From NCBI GenBank assembly GCA_030141605.1, contig JAQGDQ010000072.1, positions 186,001 through 250,000 of the forward strand: DNA of 64,000 bases. The letters are read 5' to 3'. Position numbers and translations under genes: made by a program. Origin of the DNA: Tubiluchus corallicola (taxonomy: Eukaryota; Animalia; Priapulida). Shown here piece after piece: positions 51,013 through 64,000 of this stretch; positions within the stretch are counted from its first letter, which is position 1; every line of letters starts with the position of its first letter. The notes beneath the pieces are model-generated. The model was not told where the DNA came from. It saw nothing but the letters and a program-made list of their open reading frames with translations, and did not search any database.

Positions 51013-53935
51013 GACGTACAAGCAAACAGGTGCGTCATTTAACAACTTAATATGTAACATAATTATACAGCATTTATACATAATTAATCAATCACAACTC
51101 ACGCGACGTTAAAAGTGCTTTTAATACTGCGGGGCGTATGCGTATTATGTGGTGTGAGAACCATATCTTTAATATCCAGAGAATAACTATTTGCAAAGAG
51201 TTTCAAGTCAGTTTTGGAAGACCTGAAGTTTTCAAAATTTCATTGAAAATACCTGCTGGTGCCAAACTTACGCTAAGTAATTTACGAATGTGCATTTATA
51301 ACAATTATACATTTTGTTCACCTAGGTAAAGTGAAACGTAAAGAAGAACGTTGATCGAAAAGTTTGAAGAATTAAAAAGTCGAGAACTGCTATTGTGTAC
51401 GTCCTATAAAAGATGTTTCACAGCTGTGTCACACAAAGCAGAAACAGCTATATCATTAGTAGAGTTTATTGGGAAAAGAATAAATCGCTCAATTCCAGTA
51501 CAACTTTCAAGACGAGTAAGACTATAAATTGTTCAATTCCATAACAAGTCTCAAGGCAAGTAGAAGTCGCTCAGTTCCAGCACAAGTCTCAAAACGGATA
51601 AGCTCTGCATCAAAGCCATAAAAAGTTGTACATCGGATTTTCAAAGTTTGTCAGTCATCAACAATTTCCGCAACGCAGCAATGTTTGCAACGAAATATGA
51701 AAAATTTAATTATGGCATTTGCATTTGTTAACGTTTAAAGTCTACAGAATTTTCTGATTTTCTAATAATTTTATTACAGGTTAAGATTCGTTTAGGGCCA
51801 GCACAGAGTCATTAGCACCTTTAGCTTCAATTTTTCTATCTACGTTATTGTATTGCAGCATTTTAGCTTAGTTCTACATTATAGGAAAAGCGTATATTTA
51901 GTATTTTAGCTCATAGTAGCTTACTGGGGCTACTGATTATTTCTGATAATTTGTCAGTTCCAATAATTGTAGTGTTCTATGCTTAATGTACCCGAAACGG
52001 GCATTTAGGTAAAGTACTATGGTGACAATGCTTTTATGATAATTGTGTAAACATTTGAATATAAATAAGGTAAACATGACAAAAACAAACTTAATTACAA
52101 AGAAATATTTCTTTTATATGCTACAACTTTTTTTTCAATGTGCAAAAAGATTGAAAGATGTTCTGAAAAAATTAACTTAAACAATTAAACATGCACGCAG
52201 GAGAAAAACTTTATCAAAACACTATGAAAACACAAAATTAAACAATATAAACTAAGCTTATGTACAAGCCTAAATAGCTACAAAAACGCAAATCAACCAA
52301 AATTTGATATACCATGTAGCCTATTATTCTGCTCTTAGATAGTTTGTATACAGTTACTCAATAAAACACCCTACGTTAGTACTTAGAACTCGTTTTTGAC
52401 TCGTTTTGTGTGGTGCGTGATGTGTGGGTTCTTGTGGAATTATGCGTAAAAGTTTTTGTCAGGGCTTAGCTAATTATTATTGTTGTTGTCCTTGTCGTTG
52501 ATGACATCGATGACTTTGCAATGATTGTTATTATTATTATTGTTGTTATTATTTGTTCCAAACCTTATTCCAATACTTTTTCCGGTTTTTATAGCTATTA
52601 AGACTGGCTTGGTCCTGTAAAGTTCATAACTATGTCTCAAGTTTTTATGAAGGCGTATTAACAACTTTATGTATCATTCGAGCAGTGCCTCATGGTAATA
52701 AACGTCAGTAAACGGCTTGATTGCCATTCAAACCGAACTCCGAAGTGTAATAATAACATTTTTGTGATTTTTATGGTTTGCTTGTACCGATTTAAATTTA
52801 TTCTAGTAATTACATCACTGTCAGCGTTGGCTTGTTAAAGGAAAAGCCAACTCTCGAACGTCATTCATTGTATTTTAAAATACACTTAAAAATTGTGAAA
52901 TTACCACATAATATACGCGTATAAAAGTCTTGCTTAAAATGCCAAAGAAATTAAAATCACTTGTATCGCCTGCCAAAGAGCTTCACTGCTGCCATATTTG
53001 AAAAACATGACATGAACTGATGAACAGGAGGAAGGCACGCATTACATACCGTATATATATATATATATAACAAAACTTCTGCAGTTCACTCAAAAGTTCT
53101 GCTTTTGTGGCCGATTAAATCTATGTTTAACTCATTTTATGTAAGGATTAGTCGTGCGGTCAATTTGCAATAACTTTAAAGTGTTTATATGCAATAGCTT
53201 TAAATCATAGGTCTGTAGCTCAAAACGTGTGAGTAGGCCTACTATACAATATAGATGTATGGAATTCTGTGCGCATACAGAAGGTGATGGGCTGTTTACT
53301 CGGCTTATAGAGTTTGAATTTTAGTTAAAATAATCATTCTGTTATAAATAACTACGGAAGTTTTTGCTGAATCAAAGTGGTTTATTTAGGATATTGCAGC
53401 AATGATCAAGCTGAAACAGAATGCAGAACTGCATTAAGTTCTTATTGTTAAATGTGTTAAAAATTGCCTTCCGGCAAACAGCAATACGGGTATTCTTTAC
53501 ATGCTGAAATCTTCGAAATCCTCTACGTTACTTTGTTAACTAGCCGAGTTGGAGATTATTATATTATCGTGATAACTGGTTGTCGACTCCCGGTGAGTAG
53601 CGAGATTCATAAAAAAGGTAAATTCATTGATAGAATAGCAACAAATGTTTTTGTAAGGAATGTTCGTGAGCATGCGCGCAGTGTCGCGCGCATTGTTTCT
53701 GGCCGACTAATCAACGAATGACATCCGTCATCTTGTCGAACATCACCCATTTGCCTCCTATCACTGGATGTAAGTTGCCAAATTTTCGCCTGTCTGCAGC
53801 AGTAAGTATAAATGTAACTAAGTTACCGTTTAACTAATTAAAATTGAACTTGCTCGCATAAGCAACAGCAATAAAGTTATTAAGTGAAGCATTATAAATT
53901 CAGCTCGGACGTCTCCTTTGTAACAGCAACGAATT

Positions 53936-54527
53936 ATGAAAATTTTCAGAATTTGTGTTTTAGGCTACTCAGTTATTAAAAGATTAGAAAAATTTGCGTA
54001 TGGCGAAAAATGGCACAACTTGGGTTTCGACCCATATACCATTAGAGTAGAATTCTCTGGGATTTCGGGGGGTACAGTGTGTAAGGGCCCAAAATCTGTG
54101 CATCATCACGAATATACATCTGGTCTGGAGATGTTGAATCTGTAACTGTTTTCTTACAAGTTGGAGGCAATGATATAGTACGGATGAGTTGTAGCCCTGA
54201 AACAATACCGATACGCATTGTTTCTTTTGCAGAATTTTCAACTGTTGGGTTTAGCGTTCCGCACGTGATTGTGGGTCAGCTTTTACCTCATTTTTATACG
54301 GGCATATTTGCTCACACATCTTACAATGCAAATGTAGTATAGGTGAATTCCCGCTTGCATGCGGTAGTGCAAGATCACCAGAACATGTTTTCTGGCATCA
54401 TCGAGGATTTTGGAAAAGTCTGGAGACTTTAATTTCAAGCGATGGGGTTCACTTGAATAACGCAGGTATGCAAAAATATCCCAAGTGCGTCCGAGCTGCT
54501 ATTGGCTTTAAGTTTCCATCTCCGTAA
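53936..54527 (+). pseudogene. SGNH/GDSL hydrolase ORF (frameshifted), of the type carried by DIRS/Ngaro elements
   Basis: Block I VLGYS, block II GISGG, block III FLQVGGNDI (~54150-54177), VIVGQLL, FWHHRGFW, block V SDGVHLNNAGMQKY; at least two frameshifts and one stop. Confidence 0.8.
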
Positions 54528-54944
54528 ATGGCAACTTTAATTTTCGCCGTTGTCTGATATTGCCCAAATCCGAATAGGCCTAAATATTAAATAATAATAA
54601 TCCGTAGTTTGGGGTTGCAAATACTGGAGCTCCAAGTTTAATTACGTCACAATTCTCAGAACACTCGGCAAATTTACGTTATTGTTCACGTAACGCTTAT
54701 ACTGTGACTGTGCAATGGACAGCGAAAGTTTTGTGGCCTAGTTATTATGCTACACATGTGAACAGAGAAACATTTACTGTGTTAATAAGCAATTAACTCA
54801 CTTGAATGTGTTGGCCTCACTCGTGCAGTTTGTTCTCTCCCTCACACACAATTATTACTCTGCTTTAGAAGCATCTTTATATCGATTTTTATTACAACCA
54901 CTGTAAATTTATAAACTACAAATCTTTAAATCGTTTTCAATTTT

Positions 54945-55515
54945 ATATCTCGTATTAACCACGGCTATATGCTATTCCTGGGGATACCAAAATGGGATAT
55001 ACGATTCTCTTCCGTATCATTTCCGGCTTCATGTCGTCCGTGCGACAAAACATTTAGTAGGCATCTGCTTTCCGTATTAATTACGGCTATATGTTGTACT
55101 AGCGACACAAAAAATTGCATGCATCTTATTTCCATATCAATACGGCTATATGTTGTCCTGGATACATAAAATTGCATGCATCTTATTTCCGTAATATTTA
55201 CGGCTATATGTTGTCCTAGGACATAAAATACATGCATCTTATTACCGTATCAATACGGCTATATGTTGTCCTAGGACATAAAAAACATGTATCTTGTCTC
55301 CGTATTAATTGCGGCTGTGTTGTCCGAGTAACATAAAAAAACTGCAGGCATTTTTATTTCCGTATCAGTACGGCTATATGACCGTACTGGTGAAATAAAA
55401 AAATTGCATGCATCATTGTGTGTGTGTGTGTGTGCGTGCGTGCGCGCGTGCGCGTTGTCTCTGCGATAAAAAATTTGTATGCATCCTATATTCTCCGTGT
55501 TAATTACGACTACAA
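54945..55515 (+). repeat. ~55-62-bp minisatellite (~8-9 copies) with internal palindromes; (TG)n insertion at ~55417-55454
   Basis: cggctatatg-like anchors at ~54962, 55024, 55084, 55143, 55201, 55255, 55312, 55371. Confidence 0.9.
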
Positions 55516-55945
55516 GTGCTTTTACAATTTGCACACATCTCAGGTTCATACATATTACACGAAAACTGGCATGAATCTCAATTCTGCACATTATAGTTGC
55601 ACGACTTGACAGCTTTGTAAATTTATCATTATTTTTTAACCACTGCTGCGTTTTGATGTGTCTGGTAGCAGACCCGGTAGTAACACTTTTATTAAAGGGA
55701 CATTATCGATGGTTGTAATGCGTGGGGGATATCTGCATACGTCGAATGCTATAACGAATTAATTCGTAGTTGTACAGCTGTTGTTGTTTCAACTCGGAAT
55801 ATTCGGTACACTACAGAATATGTATTTGCTATAGTGCGTTGTGCGGAGATGGATCTTCATGACCTTTAAGCAATAAGTAGCTAAAGAAACCTATAAGTAA
55901 ATAAATAAGCACTGTATACAGAATTTTCTGCGTTTTTATTGTTTC

Positions 55946-58720
55946 TTGCCAGGTGTGCCAAAGCAGAGAAAGAAACGGAAAATTGCTGAAACGGAGCATT
56001 TACCAGTTCCTGTGCTGATGCCGCCGGATTTGGGTACGGTACCAAGCAAAGAATCAACGGAATACACAAAATCATGTTATACTAGTAGTCTGATTAAATC
56101 TACATTACCCCTAGGGTATAATATCTCGGATAAAATCATATCTGATGAGTACGTAGATTTAGCAGCTCTAATAATGAATGAGCAGGAAACCGAACGCATA
56201 CAAGTTGTTGCGGAAAAATCAATGATCGAAACATACACAAAGCCCAATGTCACTCAGCTCATTAACTTTCACCAATGGACTAATGCTTTCGAAACGTTCA
56301 TATCAATTAACATCAGGAAGAATCAAACAGTTGAAACCTGCTTGGACTTACTAAAGTATGCTAATTCCATAAGAGCTATCATTAAAATTTGGCTTCCAGG
56401 ATGCTAGGTTCTATGAAGCACAGTTTCGGACATTAAGGTCACTGGATCCCTCAGTGGTGCACTGGGCTGTCGTGCACGATGAGTTGTGGCGCCAAGCCTT
56501 GAGTTTTAGCCTGCCCAGTATGCTCGATGCATCCAGTAAGGTTTCTGCTCCCCGGTACCCAGGCGGGTTTTGCTCGAAATTCTGCAATTCCTGGGGTCTG
56601 CAGAGACTTCTCTTGTCCACGAAAGCACAAATGTGCAACCTGTGGCGAGAAGCACGCCACCTCAACTTGTCACAAATCAAAAGCAGGAAACGGTGACAGC
56701 ACAAACAAAAACGTCAACTAGAACACCAGTAAGATTAACTGAGCTGCAGGAATATTTCTGCCCTTATGAGAGAAGAGGAGCAAAGTTACTAACTGACGGG
56801 TTTGCAAAAGGTTTTAGAATAGGTTCAACTAATGTGCCACAAGCAAACGTTTCTGAAAAGATAGAAAAGGAATTAACCAGTGGTCGTTGCAAAGGTCCCT
56901 TTGAGAAGACTCCACTTGAAACATTTTTACCTTCAGCTTTGGGTCTGGTTCCAAAAAAGGAAGAAAATTTAATCCACGATTTATCATTCCCAAAAAACAG
57001 TTCAGTGAATTCAGGCATACCACTCAGCTGTCAGATATCAAAATATTGAAACTGTTTTTACAAAAAACGGTAAGGCATGTCTGATGGCAAACACGGACAT
57101 TGAGGACGCATTCCGGCTAATTCCTGTACATCCTAGTAATCACCATCTGTTGGGTTTTACGTGGAATGACAAATACTATTACGCCATCTGCTTTCCCATG
57201 GGAAACTCATCTTCGTGCATAATCTTTCAGAAATTTAGCACGGCTATCCAATTTGCCTGCATGCACTGAATAAGTTCTTGCATCACGAGAAGTACAATTC
57301 CCAACGACTCCAATAACAATTTATGGAATTGAGATCAATTCGGAAACTATGAAAGCCTGTCTTCCAGCAGATAAGCTTCGGAAGATAAATGATGTGCTGA
57401 AAACTTATAAACGCAAGAGATCAGCTACTCTCAGAGAGTTACAGTCCCTAATTGGCCGCTGAATTTCGCTTGTTCCATTATCATACCAGGTCGGGCGTTT
57501 TTACGTCGTCTTATAGATTTAACAGTCAGCGTTAAACGACTTGACTATCGTATAACTCTTCATGCAGACGCAAGAGCTGACTTGCAGGCTTGGCATTTGT
57601 TTATAAACAATTTTAATGGAAAATCATTTTTTCTTTTTAAGGAATGGGTCTCATCAGATGCAATAAAGCTTTTTTCAGATGCTGCAGGTACTCACGGGGG
57701 TTTTGCAGCTGTTTGTGGCAAGCGCTGGATTGCTGGTGAATGAAACACCTTCATGCAGGCATTACATATAACTGTCAAGAACAATTGTCCTTGCTCTTAA
57801 CGTTTAGGACCTTTAGCTGAAGAACCACAAAATTTTATTCTTAACAGACAACCAGGCTGTCTCGTACTTTATAAACCAGTCAACATCTAAGGACATAATC
57901 GTCACAAGGCTGGTGCGTAGATTAGTATTGGCAAGTCTCTAGTACAACATACATTTTAAAGCTAAACATACCCCAGGAAAAAGTAATATAGTAGCTGATA
58001 AATTGTCTCGCTTTTCTTTGCAGGAGGCTCGATCATTAGCTCCCTGGCTCGATCAGCAGAGGACGATCAGCCCACTAGACATCTATAAGATTTAGTGGAA
58101 AAGCCATTTCATGCCTTCTAGCCCCTGGAACTGTAAAAATATATACCCACTTTAGAGCTGAAGTGCTCAAGAGCTTTGCCAGTAAGATGATTGGTCACAA
58201 TCAAAATGCTTTGTCAGCAAGAGAGGAAGTTCTAGCCCAATATATATCTTTGAAAACCAACTCAGTCCTGCTACGATATGCACACATGTTTCAGTAATAA
58301 GCTATATAGATAAAGCCAACAACTGGACTGATCCTGCAAGTTTATTTGTAATCAAAAAGATCTTGAAAGGCGCAAAGAATCTAAAGCCTTCTACAGATAT
58401 GTGTCTGCCAATCACCTTGAGTATGGCAAAAGTGGTATTTGCCCCTTTCCGTGTTACCCTCTCGAGAGCAATGTTCTCCATTGTTTTGTTTGCATTCTTG
58501 CGAATTGATGAAATTACTATTCGCAGAAGATCTGATCAGTTAAATGTAACCCAAGCTCAGATGTACAATGGTCTTATGAAGGTTCTCAACTGCAAGGGAT
58601 TGCTATATCAAATGTACATTACAAACATAGCAATTTGCATCCTAAAACTCTTTTTCTACTAGTTAATCAGTTACGATTCTGCCCGGTGCTCCTTCTCAAA
58701 CAGTATCTGGAAAGATGTAC
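55946..58720 (+). mobile_element. DIRS/Ngaro-type tyrosine-recombinase retrotransposon (gag, RT, RNase H, truncated YR), pseudogenised
   Basis: gag: KIISDEYVDLAALI...QWTNAFETFISI...LLKY, FYEAQFR...W...DELW, C.RKHKCATCGEKH...C; RT: GPFEKTP...SALGLVPKKE..LIHDLSFP..SSVNSGIP, DIEDAFRLIPVHP, PMG.SSSC.IFQKFS; RNase H: LFSDAAG, TDNQAV, HTPGKSNIVADKLSR; YR N-half: AMFS...FAFLRIDEIT, CPV. Confidence 0.9.
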
Positions 58721-60619
58721 GTTAACTTATTAGCAGTTATTGTTTGGTATGTACAAGCTCATTAGTTTGATGAGCCATTTTTGATAAAATTAAATTTACA
58801 TGTATATTTTTATGGCCACTTCTCGGTATGTTTGACGTTGCAGTTTTGGGTAATACATGGAGATCTCTGTGGAGTGTCAGCAGTGCCTGGCTCTATATTG
58901 ATGTTCCTAAAATTGAGTTTATATGATTGTATGGATTTCATTATGCATATCTATGTAACTCAGTTAGATTTTTTTGGATTGAATATTCCAAAATTCCGCA
59001 GTGTAGGTAAAATTGGGTATGTTGTTAAGGTATGTTGTTAAGTAGGTGTCAGCAGAGTCGGTACTGCCTTGCTCTGTTGTTCATTGTATGTTAAGTAATT
59101 ATATGTATGTTCAAATTATATAGTTGCAAAGATTCGGTTGGTGTCAGATATTGTGATTATACACCTATATTCACTGTTTGGTTCTTGGCATTTGTTTTTA
59201 GCATTTAGTGTTAACTTCATAAACTTAAATGTAAATTCGTTGGCATTGCTGCTCTCTGGTCATTTCATCATCTGGTGGCCCTCCTTTTTTGCCTTGATAT
59301 ATTGAATGTTTTGTCATTTTCATAAATGACCTCATTTTATCAACAATTTCATTCTTGGTGCTTTTGCAAAAAACTAGCCAGGTTCAGCCAGTTTTACCTT
59401 TAGGTCGGTTTTATGAACATTAGCTTACAATAATTGTATTAATAATCTCTTATTTAATGTTTTCGATTGTTTGTATAAGTGTTTGTATTGCACGGTAACC
59501 AGATGATGCCATTTTTCGTTCAAAATGAGAGCGCCTTGGCTTGAAGTCGTCGGGAGTTTAAACTGATTTTAATAATTACACGAGGAGTTTATCACAATTT
59601 TATTGCTGAAACTTTCTGACAATTTTCTCAAATATTAAAGTAAGCTCAATTTTCCCAGATACTTGGCTTTTGCTTTTAGGATTAATGACTTCAAAACTTA
59701 TATGCAGTGTTCATGACATGTATTAAACTGTCCGCCTAATTTCTATTTTAATTATTCTTTCCCTTAATTTTATAGTAATCTTGAAAATTGAACGCATCTA
59801 ATGATAATAATCTTTATTTAAAGTCGGCTAAAGTACGCATCCAAACTATCGATGGAACACGTTAAGTTACATACTTTATAAAGACAACATGTAAGCGTGG
59901 CTTTCATTGCTATAATATTCTTCCTAGTTAACTCGTAAATGTTCGCCAACGCACCAGATTTTGCGACTACTAGGCTTGACTTTTGCGAAGAAAGAAGGCA
60001 CTGAAGCATTAAACTGACTGAATATGAGCTATAGGACGGTAGCATAGCTAAAGGCAGCGAAAAAATCGCTGAAGCACGAATAATTACTAGCCAGATACTT
60101 TCTTGCTACCTACCTTGAACGTTTGCAACCATCTTTAAACATTTCAGACATTGCCACTGACTATAAGTGCTTTTATAATTTACCGTGATGTGCATTTAAT
60201 TTTGAACCTTTCACGAACAGTTGAATGTGTTTTTGATCACTAAATTTTGTAAGTTGTAAGAGACATTTTTTGTTTTTGTTCATAATATCTATTGGCTTAC
60301 TTAATCAATCATTACTAATATCTATTGACGAACTTAATCAATCATTACGTACGTTACAACACAGACAATCAATTTACACAAAGTACGACATAATATTCGT
60401 ACAAAAGTTAAGCCAACGTTCTAGCAACCAGGCGTTGTCAAAAGTTTTTCTTCTAAATGCGCTTTATGAAGGGGGAACCGGAAATATTTATTGCTGCATT
60501 GTGTTTTTGTTGTTGTTATTATTGTTGCTTGATATTGTGTTAGAGAGCTATTTTGTTTTATTTGCTTTATGAAAGGGTACTTTATTAATTTTATTTATTT
60601 TATGTTGCACTAGGTATGG

Positions 60620-62280
60620 TTGCAATGAGTATATATACATTATCTACTCTATCTTCGACCTTTTCTAAAATATTTGCAGAATTCTTGAGTCTGGGGTATT
60701 TTGAAGTATTTATAAAAAAGTCCTATGCCGAGCCTTTCTGTATTACACAGCAAAAAAGTCATGGTATTTGACATGTTTACAGATAAGCCCAACACTCTTT
60801 TCAAAAACCTTCCTTTAATCGAGTCAAGTTTCAAAAATTTGGAGATGACATGTCGTCCAAGAGACTCTCAATGCTAGAAGTTGAAATAGGTAATATCTTA
60901 ATATTGAATAGACGTAGTGCGGTTTCCACAGACAGTAAATACAGGCATTTTAGAGTGTGTGTCACGCTTACACATTTTGTGGGAATTATTTCCGAATGCA
61001 TTGTAATCACAAGAGAGGGTTGCAAAGTTACGCCTTAATAATCAAAGCATGATACAATTTTAAGTTTTTACCTTGATAAATAAAAAGGTCTTTCTGTGAG
61101 AGTCGGCTACTGTTTCTGAATTTCGTACTGTGAATCGAGAAGCAGATTTTGTGCAGTTATTACTGATCATTTTAGTTAGAACTTTGAATGCATTGTTCAT
61201 GTGCAAGAGAGTCTGTTTCAGTGGCCTTCTTGTTCGGTGCTTTCATTATGGTATTGTACACTTCTTCAGAGAGTGGTCTGTTGTACTGTGTTTCTACCTG
61301 CCCATAGAATTCTTGCACAGATGAGAAGTCTGGAGCTTACCGGGTTTAAGAAATTTAGAAAAATGTGCAGTTAGACTTTCCTGATCTATTGAACATTGTA
61401 ATGACTTATTGTTTTTAGTGATGTGCCATGGAGACGTCTTCTAGTAACTTAGGCTCCTGAGATATGTTATAGCTAGCTCTCTTCTGTTTAATAAGCTTGT
61501 GTTAGTCGGATCTTTCTTTTAGGTGCACCTGCCCGTCATTCCTGTTTGCTTGGAACTGATGAAGTGCATTTTTCACTCGAATGTGGACTTTACGGCATTC
61601 TCTGTCGAACCACTTTTTGTGGGATCCTGGTTACTTCTGCTGGAGAGGTGAGGCAGCAGCTAGAATGTTATATCTGAGGAGGTTATATGCGTCGTCCAGG
61701 TCTCCATTTTCGATTACACATTCCGTTTGAGAATATGCAGAGCTGTTTGCAAGTTTGCATTCGCCTATCACACGCGTTCTTTTTGCTTCTTGGTTTGATT
61801 ATTTACTGGTAGATTTTACTCGCCATTTCGTTGACACCGGTATGTGTTTTCTTAAGGAGGCTGCAGATGTCTTTAAAGTTTCATTTACCAGTGGTTTAGA
61901 ACTTAATGTGCAATTGTTTCCAGAGTTTGCAAACATTAATTCTGTTACACTTTGTCCATATACATACGTAGGGATGTCAGGATTGTTGGTTAAACTGTAC
62001 ACTTCATCCTGCAGAAAGCTTAGCAATTCCTCGGTTTTGCAGCTGGTTTTATCGATGCGAGCATTAAAATCTTCGGCCAAAATAATTGGCTTATAAATAA
62101 TATATCTGGCAGCTCCTCGAAGGCTTTCGAAAGCATAGCAATTATGTTTTGCGTAGACCATGTTGGAGAGAGGTTTAATTTTTAGGTTGGATTAACAGCT
62201 AGGTTGCTTTGAGTAAGTTTACTAATAGTTGTTTGACTCTTACTGAATCTTGATTAGTTTGGCATCCATTATCGAAAATG
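60620..62280 (-). mobile_element. Degenerate LINE (RTE-X-like) with APE and post-RT fragments, RT core largely deleted
   Basis: PIILAEDFNARID...PTYVY (61799-62161), KWFDREC (~61600), ALRLFNIKILP (60831-61025), LDSIKGRFLKRVLGL (60649-60834). Confidence 0.75.
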
Positions 62281-63427
62281 TTAATAGAACAAAGATTACA
62301 GATCGAATCATGGATGTTATAATAAAGTAATTATAAAATTAAATTTTATAATCAAGAAGAGATTTGAAGAAAATCTTAATCCAAAATTTGAACGATATGT
62401 GAAGGAACTCGCAGATATTCAAAAGCGCTTCTGGATTCTAATTTTCTTCAAACGAGTCTTGATAAAAGAATTATGTTTTCAGTTACGTTAATAAACAGAT
62501 ATTTCGCATCCCACTGTGGGTTGCTTCTTCAGTGTAATATCAGCAGCAATATGAAAATATACCTTGAAATAAAAATAAAATAAAATACAGAAATGTGCCC
62601 TCCATATAACCGGTATTGCTGTTACAGAAACTTTAATGTGACAATTACATTGACAATAATAAGGTAAATAAGTAAATAACAAATTGTCTTATAATAAAGT
62701 TATAAACACATCGAGAGCAAAGAACTGAAGGGTTGAACATGAACCAGATCCGACCAAACTGATAATAATCATAATTCTACATTCTGACGAGCCGGCCTCC
62801 CCGACCTCCGTGGGTTAAAGTAACAAGCTGAGCTTAGGTCCATTTCACAGTGAGAAAGCGCGGCAAAATTCCTCGAGGAATTTTTCCTTGCGGCATTCCT
62901 CAAGAAAATGGAATACATTGTTTTCTATGGCGCATGGTAGAAATATTGCATGTTCCACGCGAGGGTTCCTCGCGGAATTCAGATTAAAATTTAACTACTC
63001 AATTACTTACTTCTCGCTTAAGGAACAACAATTAACATATTTCAGCATGTAAGTAGAAGATTTAATTTCGATTTTAACATATAGAGGATTCTATGTTTTA
63101 TTAATGCAGACAACTATTATGGCACTAACTTCATATCAGTTTAAACAAAAAGCAGATATAATCGTTACGATTTTCATTGAAATTATGAAGCGTGACTCGG
63201 AGAAGACTTACAAGAGGTTAGAGTTCGTTACCTCAAGGTTAGCAACAGCTTCCTTAGAAGTCAAAGCAGTTTCTGAAGTTTACATCTTTTTTGCAATCGA
63301 GTCCTGCAGCAATGCTAATAACTCGTCGAAAGTGTCCGGAGTCATGCTAGCGTAACTGTAAAAAAATTTTCCGAGCTTCTCTCCAATGGCCATATTAAGT
63401 TGCAACAACACCACGACACTAGTTTTG

Positions 63428-63676
63428 TTATTATTATTATTTTTATTATTATTGTTATTACTACTATTATTATTATTATTATTATTATTATTGTTATTGT
63501 TATTGTTATTGTTATTGTTATTGTTATTGTTATTGTTATTGTTATTGTTATTGTTATTGTTATTGTTATTGTTATTGTTATTGTTATTGTTATTGTTATT
63601 GTTATTGTTATTGTTATTGTTATTGTTATTGTTATTGTTATTGTTATTGTTATTGTTATTGTTATTGTTATTGTTA

Positions 63677-63713
<37 letters not shown>
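63428..63713. repeat. (TTA)n/(TTGTTA)n microsatellite
   Basis: Directly visible. Confidence 0.98.
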
Positions 63714-64000
63714 TAAAATTAGCACTGCGCCATTAATTACAAATAGTATTCTATGACGCCTGATAATAAAAATAACATTATAGTTAAAATTTAAACAGAT
63801 TACGTTAAACCAGTGAATTTAAACTTGACCTAGTGTATAGTGTAGACAATATGATATTGTACAATAGTTGTAGCAGACATAGTTAGAAAAGGCTAAACTG
63901 TACAGAAGAGTTTTAAGTTTTTTCTTGAACGTGTTAAATTTAGTGCAACAACACAAATCAAATGGGAGTTTTGTTCCAGTTCTCTGGGACCAGTTACAGA

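Noticed and set aside
54945-55515. CRISPR-like array
   Set aside because: Eukaryotic context, contiguous tandem units with no unique spacers, no cas genes.
53550-59450. Inverted terminal repeats bounding the DIRS/Ngaro element
   Set aside because: Only short AT-rich matches (gagattatta; aaaggtaaa), which are expected by chance.

Overview
AT-rich, repeat-dense eukaryotic DNA, most likely from a protostome invertebrate (inferred from the elevenin and cuticlin-type ZP genes). Three host genes can be reconstructed. (1) An intronless 754-aa somatomedin-B/Cys-rich, Methuselah/secretin-like 7TM receptor (16682-18946, +). (2) A spliced elevenin-family neuropeptide precursor (coding exons 27466-27387 and 24874-24677, -), only partly visible in the ORF track. 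It appears to encode two disulfide-ring elevenin-like peptides plus a possibly amidated spacer peptide. (3) A six-exon, 324-aa secreted ZP/cuticlin-like protein (46210-51012, +) that stops soon after its furin site, with a possible relic hydrophobic-tail exon downstream. The rest is decayed mobile DNA and simple repeats: CR1/L2-, RTE- and Proto2/RTE-X-like LINEs, a BEL/Pao pol fragment, a DIRS/Ngaro tyrosine-recombinase retroelement preceded by an SGNH hydrolase ORF and a palindrome-rich minisatellite, two solo-LTR-like inserts (one folding into a G-U-biased 200-nt hairpin), an inverted pair of Penelope-type minimal hammerhead ribozymes, a tRNA-SINE head and microsatellites. All calls come from manual reading; no searches were run, and transposon boundaries are approximate.
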